DNA of 64,000 bases from Hyphomicrobiales bacterium (lineage in GTDB: Bacteria > Pseudomonadota > Alphaproteobacteria > Rhizobiales > CBDCVD01): positions 1,516,354 through 1,580,353 of the forward strand of contig OZ245032.1 in the NCBI GenBank assembly GCA_965224015.1, written 5' to 3'. Under the pieces are notes generated by a model, which saw nothing but the letters and a program-made list of their open reading frames with translations, was not told the origin of the DNA and made no database searches. Both the position numbers and the translations under genes were made by a program. Below, piece after piece: positions 8,280 to 17,871 of the stretch (the first letter of the stretch is position 1; each line of letters opens with the position of its first letter).

Positions 8280-10904
8280 TTATCCGCGCAAGACGTCCAG
8301 CAGGCGTTTGCTCACCTGCCCGTCTGTGGGAAGTCCGGACCTTTGCTGAAAGGCCCGAATCGCGGCCTGGGTTTTGGGCCCGATAATCCCATCAGGACGG
8401 CCAAGCTGATATCCCTGGTTGATCAGCAGCGCTTGAATTTCCATGATCATTTCTCGGCTCGGTTTTACCGACGCAACAGAAATGCCGGCACTGGCCATAT
8501 CCCAATCGGGATTAGCAGGGATTTTGTTGGCAGCCAAATTGATCGGCTCGGGCTTCCAGGCGTTAACAAGCAGATCGGTGGCGATGCGCATTTGCGGATC
8601 CAGATCGTTGGCAATCTGCGCCTGTTTGGTGGCCGCATCGGTATCACCATCGCGGGCCACAATCGAAAACCATTGATAGGCCTTGGGCAGGCTTTTGGGA
8701 ACGCCAAGGCCGCGGGCATTTAAAATACCCAGGTTGTACTGGCTATCACGCAAACCATGCTTGGCAGCCTGCGCGAACAGTTGCGAGGCCGACGCCAGAT
8801 CCTGTTCCCCGAACGCGCCCTCCGCATAGAGAACACCGAGATTGTGCATCGCCTTCACATTGCCTCGGCCGATGGCCCGTTGATACCAGATGCGGGCCAG
8901 ATCAGCATCCTTGGTGACGCCGCGGCCCTTTTCGTACATAGAGCCTAATCGATATTGCGCCGGCGCGTAGCCCTGATTGGCCGCATGCTCGTACCAGATG
9001 GCCGCCTGGCGCAGATCACGCCCGACCCCTACCCCATCAAGATACCGGGTTCCGATAACGAACTGGGCCTGGGGATCGCCTGCCGCCGCAGCTGCGCGCA
9101 ACTGTGCAGGCTGAATGACCGCAGGAGGTCTGGGTGGTGTCGCGGGGGCAGCCGACGCGGCAGGCTTTAGCTGATCAGCAGGATTATGGCTCGCCGATTG
9201 AATAAGCGCAGGCTCGCGATTGTTGGCCAGTCCGGATATGTCACGGCTTTGCGTGTTCGACGAAGTCGACGAGGTCTCGACAACGGTGCTGTTAACGGCT
9301 TCAGCCAGTTGCTCGGGGGTCGAGGTCGCGTTGTAGTAGTTGTAGACCGCAACGCTGCCGGCAATAAATGCGACCAAACACGCGCCCGCCGCGATGGCCC
9401 CACGATGGTTTTGTAAAAAATCGAACCGGCCCGGCTCCTCAGCCTGCATCTGGACCACGGGCGCGGCTTTACGCTTGGCAAAATGGGCGCGCGGGCGAAC
9501 CTGTGATGTGTTGCGCCGCTGCACGCGATTATGCCCGTGCGACAGCGCGGGACGCGATGACGGGGAAACAGGTGGGGATGGCGGTTCTTGTGCCGGCATG
9601 GGATCCGCTTTGCGGGGATCGTTATGGATCAACGCATCCCGTGCCCCATCCTCTGGCTCGACACCACGCACGGGGGCTGACATCTGTGATAAAATATCAC
9701 CTTGATTTTGATTTTCATCGTGTTCTTGATCGTGTTCTTGCAAGTCACGATCCTCGTCGCGATGCGCGGGTTCAGCCTGTTTAGCCGGTGTGGTTTGCTC
9801 AAGGTGGCTTTCATCTTCATGCAGCGAGAGTTGCTTGAACGAAAACGGCATACGCGGCTCTCGATCGGAGGCGACCTGTTTGGCAGCGGCCAGGCGCCCG
9901 GATTTGGCAAGTAAATCCGCAAGTGTCGTTCCCCCGCCTCTTGCACGGCTAGCGCGCGAGGGCGCGGCCACACGCGTATCAGGCGGCCTTATGGCGGCAG
10001 GTTTTGGAAGATTTTCCACCAATTGCTGCATTTCAAGAAGTTTTGTCTGGATGGAGTTGATTTCGCCAAATCGCTCAATCAGTCCGGAAACCTGCCGATC
10101 CAGGCGCAAAATATCACCATCCAGCCTCTTGATATTATCGCGGCTGTCGATGGTCTCAAGCTTGCGCGACAGGGTGCTGATGCGCGACAGGATATTCTTG
10201 TACCCCTTGTCTGGCAGTGCCGCGAGCAAGCGATGGATGGTGCCGATTTCGCGCCGCAAGTCGTCCACATCACCAGAGTTCATGGGGGTGGACATGGCCG
10301 CTTCAAGGCGCGTGGCCAGGCTGGACAGCTGGGCCTCAACATCGTCAAGACGTGTACCAAGGCTCCCCTGGGCAAAGTCAACGGTCTCTTCGATCGACGC
10401 TACCTTGGCTTCAAGAGCGCGTAAAGAACTGTTACCAGCGGCGCGCAAGAATTCCTGACGCATACGTTGCGCGGTAGACTCCATATTGTCGATGTCGCGC
10501 ATGACATCGACAGGATCACGATCAATATAGGTTTTCGCTACACGGCGAACATTTCCTGTCAAGCGCGCAAAGGCCTTTTGAAAATTTGGCCCTGCATTTC
10601 CCAAGCGCAGAATATTCCCCAAATCATTGATCCGTACCGTCAGTTTTTCCAACCGGCTATGGACTCGCGAAATCGGCATCTGCTGGCGCGGCGCCTCAAC
10701 GCTGTCGACATTATCGCTGGCATCAGGCTCCCCTATCCTGCCACCAAAGGATTCCATTTGCCTGCGCAAAGATTCCAACCGCGCGGCCAGTTCGTCTTTC
10801 TTGACCTGATCGAGTTCGCGGTCCATGGTCTTGAGCGCATCCTGCCGACGCTCATAGGCGCCATCGTCAATGTCGTAAGCCAATTGCTTTTGTGCTGAAG
10901 TCAT
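8280..10904 (-). CDS. podJ: PodJ-like polar localization factor: N-terminal coiled coil, one TM, periplasmic Sel1/TPR repeats and a C-terminal peptidoglycan-binding domain
   Basis: The N-terminal half is a long coiled coil. TM segment GACLVAFIAGSVAVYNYY. Three Sel1-like repeats (AQFVIGTRYLDGVGVGRD..., AQYRLGSMYEKGRGV..., AMHNLGVLYAEG...). C-terminal PG_binding_1-like motif (LINQGYQLGRPDGIIGPKTQAAIRAFQQRSGLPTDG). Confidence 0.6.
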   Translation of the reverse strand: MTSAQKQLAYDIDDGAYERRQDALKTMDRELDQVKKDELAARLESLRRQMESFGGRIGEPDASDNVDSVEAPRQQMPISRVHSRLEKLTVRINDLGNILRLGNAGPNFQKAFARLTGNVRRVAKTYIDRDPVDVMRDIDNMESTAQRMRQEFLRAAGNSSLRALEAKVASIEETVDFAQGSLGTRLDDVEAQLSSLATRLEAAMSTPMNSGDVDDLRREIGTIHRLLAALPDKGYKNILSRISTLSRKLETIDSRDNIKRLDGDILRLDRQVSGLIERFGEINSIQTKLLEMQQLVENLPKPAAIRPPDTRVAAPSRASRARGGGTTLADLLAKSGRLAAAKQVASDREPRMPFSFKQLSLHEDESHLEQTTPAKQAEPAHRDEDRDLQEHDQEHDENQNQGDILSQMSAPVRGVEPEDGARDALIHNDPRKADPMPAQEPPSPPVSPSSRPALSHGHNRVQRRNTSQVRPRAHFAKRKAAPVVQMQAEEPGRFDFLQNHRGAIAAGACLVAFIAGSVAVYNYYNATSTPEQLAEAVNSTVVETSSTSSNTQSRDISGLANNREPALIQSASHNPADQLKPAASAAPATPPRPPAVIQPAQLRAAAAAGDPQAQFVIGTRYLDGVGVGRDLRQAAIWYEHAANQGYAPAQYRLGSMYEKGRGVTKDADLARIWYQRAIGRGNVKAMHNLGVLYAEGAFGEQDLASASQLFAQAAKHGLRDSQYNLGILNARGLGVPKSLPKAYQWFSIVARDGDTDAATKQAQIANDLDPQMRIATDLLVNAWKPEPINLAANKIPANPDWDMASAGISVASVKPSREMIMEIQALLINQGYQLGRPDGIIGPKTQAAIRAFQQRSGLPTDGQVSKRLLDVLRG

Positions 10905-10953
10905 ATCTTCTATCGTTACCTAGAATTTATATTGGTATACTTTGCGTTCACCA

Positions 10954-12789
10954 TCACAAGGTTTGGGGCGTATGTTCACCGATCCGAAACCGGGATATCT
11001 CCGGGCGCTGCTTGTCCGCCGATAGGGTGTCATACGCGGTATCAGAGCCCCCAGACTGCGGCAACGTATCGGCCGACGGGAAAAAGGCATAGGGTTGAGG
11101 CCCATAGTTGCGGGGCGCATAGGACTGCGTCACATGCGGACGGGGGCCCAAATCACGTGTCGAGGGGCTTTGTTCCAAAGCAGCCAGACCGGCAACCGAT
11201 GACACCCGCCGGGCCGCAACATCGGGAGCGCTTGAACCCGGAAAGTTCGATGCCAGTGATAGCTCCCGCTGACGCTGTTCGATCTCCCACATGGAGCGCA
11301 AGAGCGTGTCGTTGGGTGCCTCGGCGCTTTCCTGCGTCGAAACCGGTGGCAAGGGGCGAACCGGCGTGCTCAGATCCGGCTTGCGGCTGCGTTCATGGGC
11401 ACGAACGGCCATCTTGTGTCGTAAATACGCCTGCATTTCGATGCGCGCACGCCTGACTATGGCATGCATGCGCTCAGACAACGCCCCTAACCGGGCATCA
11501 AGTTGCTTGAGGTCCTCATGGCGCACCGGCGCGTGCGTGGGTTCAGGCGCCAAAGCCTGCTGTGCCTGTAGCGCGTTTGACCGGGGCAATGTCCGTGAGC
11601 CGGCAGATGGTGTCGATTTTGATACTTTGATACTTTTCAGATGCTGCTCAAGAATACGCGCGATATCCGACAGCACCGCCCTGGACTGCGCCAGGCTAAC
11701 CTGTTCGGTGTCCGAGGCTGCATCATCATCCATACCCACAGGGGTTTGAACCGAGGCCTTTGCCCGTGTCTCCTGTGTGGGCGGAGAGAGTGGCGGCTTG
11801 GGCACACGTAGCGCATCCCACCGATGCGCGGTCAGTGCGGCCTCTGCGGCTGCGGTCGCGCTTCGACCATCTTCGGTCGACTTGTCGGCCTCATTGGGGC
11901 CTGACCGCACTTTTGCACCTTGCGCCGTGTGGCGTTGTGTCTTCATTTTACTATCGCGGAACGGGCGGGCGTTTGCCGACAAGGCCACTTGAGATACGCA
12001 AAGCGGGTCGCGATTTGGTTTCGCCGGCGCGCGCGCTTGCAAGGGCTTGTCACGCGCAATCCGTGCCCGGCGCGTATCGATTTCGGCGAGCAGTTCTTCC
12101 AATTCGTCCAGGATTGCGTCAAAGTGATCGCTTATGGAAGGAACGTTTTCGCTGTCTTCATTGGTGTCAAACGTGAGCGGCGAGCGGTTCGGCTCGGGCG
12201 CGTCCTGACTTTGCGGTGGGGGCGGTGGGGGCGGTGGGGTATGCGCCTCAATCAGGGGATCTGCTGTGGCGTTAACGGCGGCAGGTTCGTGAGTCTGCGG
12301 CTGAGCGGGCCGGGCGTTTGAGGCAACACCTGGAGAAAAAACCTCGGCGTCCACGTCTTCGCCGCCGAGTTCCTCTTCAAACGTGTGAATGCGCCGGGCG
12401 ATTTCATCAAGAGAGAACAGCGCATCCGGTTCATCCGGTTCATCCGGTTCATTCGGCTCAGGGTCGGCGACACCGTCCGGGCGCAAGGCCGACTCATGCG
12501 CCAAGCCCGCAACCTCCTGCCCATTCGGCGCCAAGATTTGCGGGGAATTCCGAGAGGCTTGAGAATCGTCCGACCCATCATCCGCCGCGGTTTTAGCAGC
12601 GGTTTTAAATGTGCGCGTGTTTTCCAGATGATGCAGTAACGCTCGAGCCGCTCCGATCAGGTCGGTTTTATCCGCCGTTTCAACAACTTGCCTAAAATCC
12701 GCCGTGCGCCTTGACGCAGCTTGCCGAGAGCCAAAATTCTTGTCTGATGATCTAAGCGCTGACATTGCCAACCTTCCATTGCTACCCAC
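10954..12789 (-). CDS. Hypothetical proline-rich, acidic, largely disordered protein
   Basis: 611-aa ORF with a PPPPPPPP tract and EPDEPDEPD repeats. No recognisable catalytic motif. Co-oriented with the podJ-like gene 50 bp upstream of it. Confidence 0.4.
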   Translation of the reverse strand: MGSNGRLAMSALRSSDKNFGSRQAASRRTADFRQVVETADKTDLIGAARALLHHLENTRTFKTAAKTAADDGSDDSQASRNSPQILAPNGQEVAGLAHESALRPDGVADPEPNEPDEPDEPDALFSLDEIARRIHTFEEELGGEDVDAEVFSPGVASNARPAQPQTHEPAAVNATADPLIEAHTPPPPPPPPQSQDAPEPNRSPLTFDTNEDSENVPSISDHFDAILDELEELLAEIDTRRARIARDKPLQARAPAKPNRDPLCVSQVALSANARPFRDSKMKTQRHTAQGAKVRSGPNEADKSTEDGRSATAAAEAALTAHRWDALRVPKPPLSPPTQETRAKASVQTPVGMDDDAASDTEQVSLAQSRAVLSDIARILEQHLKSIKVSKSTPSAGSRTLPRSNALQAQQALAPEPTHAPVRHEDLKQLDARLGALSERMHAIVRRARIEMQAYLRHKMAVRAHERSRKPDLSTPVRPLPPVSTQESAEAPNDTLLRSMWEIEQRQRELSLASNFPGSSAPDVAARRVSSVAGLAALEQSPSTRDLGPRPHVTQSYAPRNYGPQPYAFFPSADTLPQSGGSDTAYDTLSADKQRPEISRFRIGEHTPQTL

Positions 12790-13373
12790 GTATTATCAAC
12801 AAAGGGGAACTGATACTGGAGGGGCTTTAAGACATCGCCCACCGCTCAAGTGTTTGAACGTTAAACCTCGCGCAAGCTAACATTAAGGATGGTAAATATG
12901 GAGTTAACGCGGTTCATGTTTGCGGCCCGCTGATAACCGCTTGAGCGCGCTGGTGTTGTAGACGAGGCAACATGGAAAAACAAGCAAAGGTTGCGTGTGT
13001 TTTTTATTCATGCAACTTATTAGTTGTAACTCAATGATAGTAAACTTCTTTTTCCTTCTATGATTATTTTGATCCACATAGTGCAACCCATTACACCCTT
13101 TACCAAGAGACCTTTTAGCAGGTTGGAAAAAACGACTTGACGTTAACGTGAACGTAATGTAACCTTTTGTGTGAAACCTGGTCGCGAATCACCTTTGCGA
13201 CTAATATCGCCACGCAAACAAGGCGATCCCATGTGGGCTCCGTAAACAACCGATTCGCTGGAGAGTTTTTTGGGGTCCCGTAAATCAAAATGCACACGCA
13301 GGTATCGCACGGCACAAAAGTGTTCTGCATTTTGTTTCGGATATTATGCGATCACTATCCAGGCTGACGGCCC

Positions 13374-13817
13374 ATGATTCAAACCTTGGCACAAACACTT
13401 GGCAATACACGCAATGAGGTGGACAAACGCGCTGCTGTGTTTTCCATTGGCGATCTGGCAAGGGAGTTTAACGTCACCCTGCGCACTCTGCGGTTCTACG
13501 AGGACAAGGGGTTACTCTTTCCAAGCCGAAATGGCCTTACGCGCATTTACAGCCGCCGCGACCGGGCAAGGCTGAAGCTTATCCTTATGGGCAAGCGGGT
13601 GGGTTTCTCGCTCAACAAAATCAAGGAAATTCTCGACCTTTACGATTTGCAAGATGGGCAAGTGACCCAGTTGCGCGTGGCGTTGACGACATTTAAGGAG
13701 CAAATTGATCATCTGCAAACCCAAAAGTCAGATATTGAATGGGCAATTGCCGAATTGAAGAGCGCTAGCGAGGCTGCCGCTATTATGTTGAAACAGCGCG
13801 AAAGCGAACGATCATAG
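13374..13817 (+). CDS. MerR-family transcriptional regulator
   Basis: N-terminal HTH FSIGDLAREFNVTLRTLRFYEDKGLL followed by a coiled-coil dimerisation region. Confidence 0.75.
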   Translation: MIQTLAQTLGNTRNEVDKRAAVFSIGDLAREFNVTLRTLRFYEDKGLLFPSRNGLTRIYSRRDRARLKLILMGKRVGFSLNKIKEILDLYDLQDGQVTQLRVALTTFKEQIDHLQTQKSDIEWAIAELKSASEAAAIMLKQRESERS

Positions 13818-14242
13818 CCTGCGGACTCACGGTGCGCAGATTGTCCCTGTGACAATTCTTTCGACACGTGATCTCAGTAGATTGTCGTTGCCAAACTTTG
13901 ATATCAAGATCGGTATTAAACAAGATCGGTATTGCAAAAGACATGCGTCAGCCGTGTATCCCGTTACCCTTTGAAGTTGAGGGGTTATGGGAAAACAGCC
14001 GGGAAACCTGTTAGGGCGAGAACCGCCTTAACAGGTATTCCCAAAACAGCTTGGGAACAATCTGTCCTCATCCGTAATTATTTCGTTGCACCAGTGTGGC
14101 AACAAACAGGCAAAGTCATATATTCGGAGTCATCGCCCCCCACGACCATGACCGATACGAATGATTACGAATGATACGGCGTCCGGCGAACCGCCATCGG
14201 GTTCATAACATGCATGAGTTTAACAGCGCTTAGGATAAAGCC

Positions 14243-16030
14243 ATGCCAATCTATAAAGCCCCCATCGACGACACAATGTTTTTGCTTAATGACGTCTTCA
14301 CCATTGAGCGTTATGGCAATCTGCCTGGCTTTTCTGAGCTTTCCCCTGACGTGCTTGAGGCCATCTTGCGGGAGATTGGCAAGTTTGCCGAAGAGGAGGT
14401 TTTGCCCCTCAACCTGGCGGGCGATAAACAGGGCTGCACCCTTGATGATGGCAAGGTCACAACACCGGATGGTTACGCACAGGCGTATAAGACGTTTGTC
14501 GCGGGGGGCTGGAGTGGACTTTCTGTGGACCCTGCCCACGGCGGGCAAGGCTTGCCGCGGGTTCTGACGACGATCATGGATGAATGGCTCAGCTCGGCGA
14601 GCCTTGCCTGGTCCCTCTACCCCACACTGACCTTCGGTGCCCTTGCCGCGATCAACACCCACGCCAGTGATGCGATCAAGGCAACCTATTTGCCCAAAAT
14701 GACCGCCGGAGTATGGACCGGCACCATGAACCTCACCGAGGCCCATTGCGGCACCGACCTGGGCATGCTGCGCACCAAGGCCGTCCCCAATAACGATGGC
14801 TCCTATGCCATTACCGGAACGAAGATTTTCATTTCCGCCGGCGAGCACGACATGGCGGAAAACATCATTCACCTGGTCCTGGCGCGCATCGATGGCGCAC
14901 CCGAGGGAACCGACGGTATTTCCCTGTTCGTGGTGCCCAAGTTTTTGGTCAACGACGACCAGTCACTGGGCGCACGCAACGGTGTGTCCTGTGGTGCGCT
15001 TGAAGAAAAAATGGGCCTGCATGGAAGCGCGACCTGCGTCATGAACTTCGATAGCGCTACCGGCTGGCTCGTGGGAGAAGAAAACAAAGGCCTTCGGGCC
15101 ATGTTCACGATGATGAACGAGGCGCGCCTTGGCGTTGGCGCGCAAGGGTTGGCGGTTTCCGAGGTCGCTTATCAGAACGCCGCCGATTACGCCAGAGAAC
15201 GTCTTCAGGGGCGCGCGCTAACCGGCCCGAGCGCTCCGCATAAGCCCGCCGATCCCATTATCGTGCATCCGGACGTAAGGCGCATGCTCATGACCATGCG
15301 CAGTTTCAACGAGGCCGCACGCGCGCTTACCATCTGGGGTGGCATTCAAAACGACCTGGCCCATGTGGCCGAGGAGGAAAGCGAGCGTAAAAGCGCCGAC
15401 GACGCCCTTGCCCTCTTAACCCCGGTTATCAAGGGCGTCCTCACCGATCGCGGGTTTGAAAACGCCGTCGATGCCCAACAAATCTATGGCGGCCACGGCT
15501 ACATTGCCGAATGGGGTATGGAGCAATTTGTTCGCGACGCGCGCATCGCCATGATCTACGAAGGCGCCAATGGCATCCAGGCGCTTGACCTGGTGGGGCG
15601 TAAACTGGCGCGTAAAGGCGGCAAACCGGTCATGGCATTTTTCCAGGAGATTGATGCGTTCATGGCCCAAAATGAAGATGACACCATGAAGCGCTTTACC
15701 GCGCCATTGCGCGCTGGACGCAAGGACCTGGAAGCGGCAACCCTTTGGTTCATGAACAACGCCATGAAGGCTCCCAACCACGCCGGTGCCGGTTCAACTG
15801 ATTATATGCATCTTATGGGCACCGTGGTTCTGGGCTATATGTGGGCCCGTATCGCCAGAGCGGCCAACGACAAACTCGCCGATGGCGCTGACAACAAAGA
15901 CTATTTTGAAACCAAGCTTACTCTTGGTCGCTTCTTCATGGAGCGCATTATGCCCGAGACGGCCTTGCGTCTGGCGCGTATTCGCGCAGGGGCGGATACG
16001 GTGATGGCCCTGGATGCGGAAGCTTTTTAG
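14243..16030 (+). CDS. Acyl-CoA dehydrogenase (long, about 595 aa, FadE/AidB-like)
   Basis: ACAD middle and C-terminal motifs (GTMNLTEAHCGTDLG, YGGHGYI...IYEGANGIQALDLVGRK). Confidence 0.75.
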   Translation: MPIYKAPIDDTMFLLNDVFTIERYGNLPGFSELSPDVLEAILREIGKFAEEEVLPLNLAGDKQGCTLDDGKVTTPDGYAQAYKTFVAGGWSGLSVDPAHGGQGLPRVLTTIMDEWLSSASLAWSLYPTLTFGALAAINTHASDAIKATYLPKMTAGVWTGTMNLTEAHCGTDLGMLRTKAVPNNDGSYAITGTKIFISAGEHDMAENIIHLVLARIDGAPEGTDGISLFVVPKFLVNDDQSLGARNGVSCGALEEKMGLHGSATCVMNFDSATGWLVGEENKGLRAMFTMMNEARLGVGAQGLAVSEVAYQNAADYARERLQGRALTGPSAPHKPADPIIVHPDVRRMLMTMRSFNEAARALTIWGGIQNDLAHVAEEESERKSADDALALLTPVIKGVLTDRGFENAVDAQQIYGGHGYIAEWGMEQFVRDARIAMIYEGANGIQALDLVGRKLARKGGKPVMAFFQEIDAFMAQNEDDTMKRFTAPLRAGRKDLEAATLWFMNNAMKAPNHAGAGSTDYMHLMGTVVLGYMWARIARAANDKLADGADNKDYFETKLTLGRFFMERIMPETALRLARIRAGADTVMALDAEAF

Positions 16031-16066
16031 GGACGACGCAGGTAAGCGGCAAAGGAGGATAAGGTC

Positions 16067-17275
16067 ATGGCCGATTGTTATATTTACGATCATGTGCGGA
16101 CCCCGCGCGGGCGTGGCAAACCTGACGGGTCGTTACACGAGGTGACCAGCCTGGCTCTGGCGTCTTCGGCGCTCAAGGCGCTCAAGGCGCGCAACGAACT
16201 GAACACACGGCTTGTGGATGATGTAGTCATGGGCTGCGTTGATCCGGTCGGAGAAGCCGGTGGTGACATTGCTAGGGCTGCTGCCCTGAACGCTGGCTAT
16301 GGCGACCATGTTCCTGGCGTGCAGCTCAACCGGTTTTGCGCCTCGGGCCTTGATGCGGTGAACTTTGCCGCCGCCCAGGTGATGGCGGGCCAGCACGACA
16401 TGACGGTAGGCGGTGGGGTCGAATCCATGAGTCGGATCGGCATCGGGGCCTCAGGCGGCGCCTGGCCCATGGACCCGCAAATCGCTATCCCTGCGTATTT
16501 CATGCCGCAAGGGGTCTCCGCCGATCTGATCGCCACAAAATACGGCTTCTCCCGCGACGATGCGGATGCCTATGCGGTTGAGAGCCAAAAACGCAGCGCC
16601 CATTCCTGGGACAACGGATATTTCAGCAGGTCGGTCGTGCCCGTCACAGACGTCAACGACCTTATCATTCTTGATAAAGACGAGCACATGCGCCCAGGTA
16701 CCGACATGCAGTCGCTGGCCTCTTTGAAGCCTTCGTTCGAACAAATGGGGGATTTTGCCGGCTTTGATGCTGTCGCCATTCAACGCTACCCGGAGCTGGA
16801 GACCATCAATCACGTGCATCATGCGGGAAATTCCTCGGGCATTGTCGATGGCGCTGCGGCGGTTCTGCTTGGCAGCAAACGCGCCGGTCGCTCCGCCAAA
16901 CTCACACCGCGAGCCAAGATCAGGGCCTTTGCCAATATCGGCTCGGAACCGGGCATTATGCTGACCGGCCCGGTGGATGTCACCCACAAGTTGCTCAAAC
17001 GCGCGCGCATGACGCTTGCAGATATTGACTTGATTGAGATCAACGAGGCCTTTGCCTCCGTGGTGCTGCGCTACATGCAGGCCTTTGACATCGACCCCGA
17101 CAAGGTCAACGTCAATGGCGGCGCCATCGCCATGGGGCATCCTCTTGGTGCCACGGGAGCGATGATCCTGGGAACGGTTCTTGACGAATTGGAGCGGCGT
17201 GATCTCAACACCGCCCTTGTGACCCTTTGTATCGGCGCCGGCATGGGCACGGCCACCATCATTGAGCGAGTGTAA
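16067..17275 (+). CDS. fadA: Acetyl-CoA C-acyltransferase (3-ketoacyl-CoA thiolase)
   Basis: Thiolase signatures (RTPRGR...[26 protein letters not shown]-terminal CIGAGMG). Confidence 0.8.
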   Translation: MADCYIYDHVRTPRGRGKPDGSLHEVTSLALASSALKALKARNELNTRLVDDVVMGCVDPVGEAGGDIARAAALNAGYGDHVPGVQLNRFCASGLDAVNFAAAQVMAGQHDMTVGGGVESMSRIGIGASGGAWPMDPQIAIPAYFMPQGVSADLIATKYGFSRDDADAYAVESQKRSAHSWDNGYFSRSVVPVTDVNDLIILDKDEHMRPGTDMQSLASLKPSFEQMGDFAGFDAVAIQRYPELETINHVHHAGNSSGIVDGAAAVLLGSKRAGRSAKLTPRAKIRAFANIGSEPGIMLTGPVDVTHKLLKRARMTLADIDLIEINEAFASVVLRYMQAFDIDPDKVNVNGGAIAMGHPLGATGAMILGTVLDELERRDLNTALVTLCIGAGMGTATIIERV

Positions 17276-17280
17276 GAATT

Positions 17281-17859
17281 ATGAGAAAAACTGTAAAACA
17301 GGTTGTTTATGCGATGGTCATTGCCGGAATGCTTGCACCATTCGCTTTTGCTGAAGACGTGCCACAACCCTACAAGGGATTACAAACTCGGGACATCAAG
17401 GCCTTGTCACCCAAGCGGATTGGTGATCTTCTTGATGGGCAGGGCCTATCCTATGCCCTTGCTGCTGAATTAAATGGTCTGCCAGGGCCCCGGCACGTGC
17501 TTGATCTTGCTGATGAAATCGCCTTGAGCAAAGCTCAACGTATGAAAATTAGGGCGATATTTGTCGATATGCAGGCGACCGCACGCGCAATCGGTGCCAA
17601 GATTGTTGCACACGAACGCGCCTTGGATACAGCGTTCGCAAAGCGCGATATTTCGCCTGAACACCTCTCAGATCTGACGCATCGGATTGCCGTATTGGAC
17701 GGACGACTTCGGGCCAACCATTTGTCCGCACATCTGCAAACAGATCCAATTCTCACCGCGCATCAAAAACGGATCTACGCGAATGTGCGCGGCTACATGG
17801 ATAGTGGAACCACAGATAGTGCCCATGATAAGGTCGGGAACCACCACGGCAACAACTAA
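17281..17859 (+). CDS. Periplasmic Spy/CpxP-family-like protein embedded in the beta-oxidation operon
   Basis: Signal peptide [24 protein letters not shown]. Helical, with LxxxQ-type motifs ([24 protein letters not shown]). Confidence 0.4.
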   Translation: MRKTVKQVVYAMVIAGMLAPFAFAEDVPQPYKGLQTRDIKALSPKRIGDLLDGQGLSYALAAELNGLPGPRHVLDLADEIALSKAQRMKIRAIFVDMQATARAIGAKIVAHERALDTAFAKRDISPEHLSDLTHRIAVLDGRLRANHLSAHLQTDPILTAHQKRIYANVRGYMDSGTTDSAHDKVGNHHGNN

Positions 17860-17871
17860 GCGGGTGTAATC

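Noticed and set aside
8343-10898. Many plus-strand ORFs (e.g. 9368..9784, 9790..10458, 10467..10898) inside the podJ-like gene
   Set aside because: They overlap a well-supported multidomain gene on the other strand. Their translations are Arg/Ser-rich, typical of antisense frames of GC-rich coding DNA.
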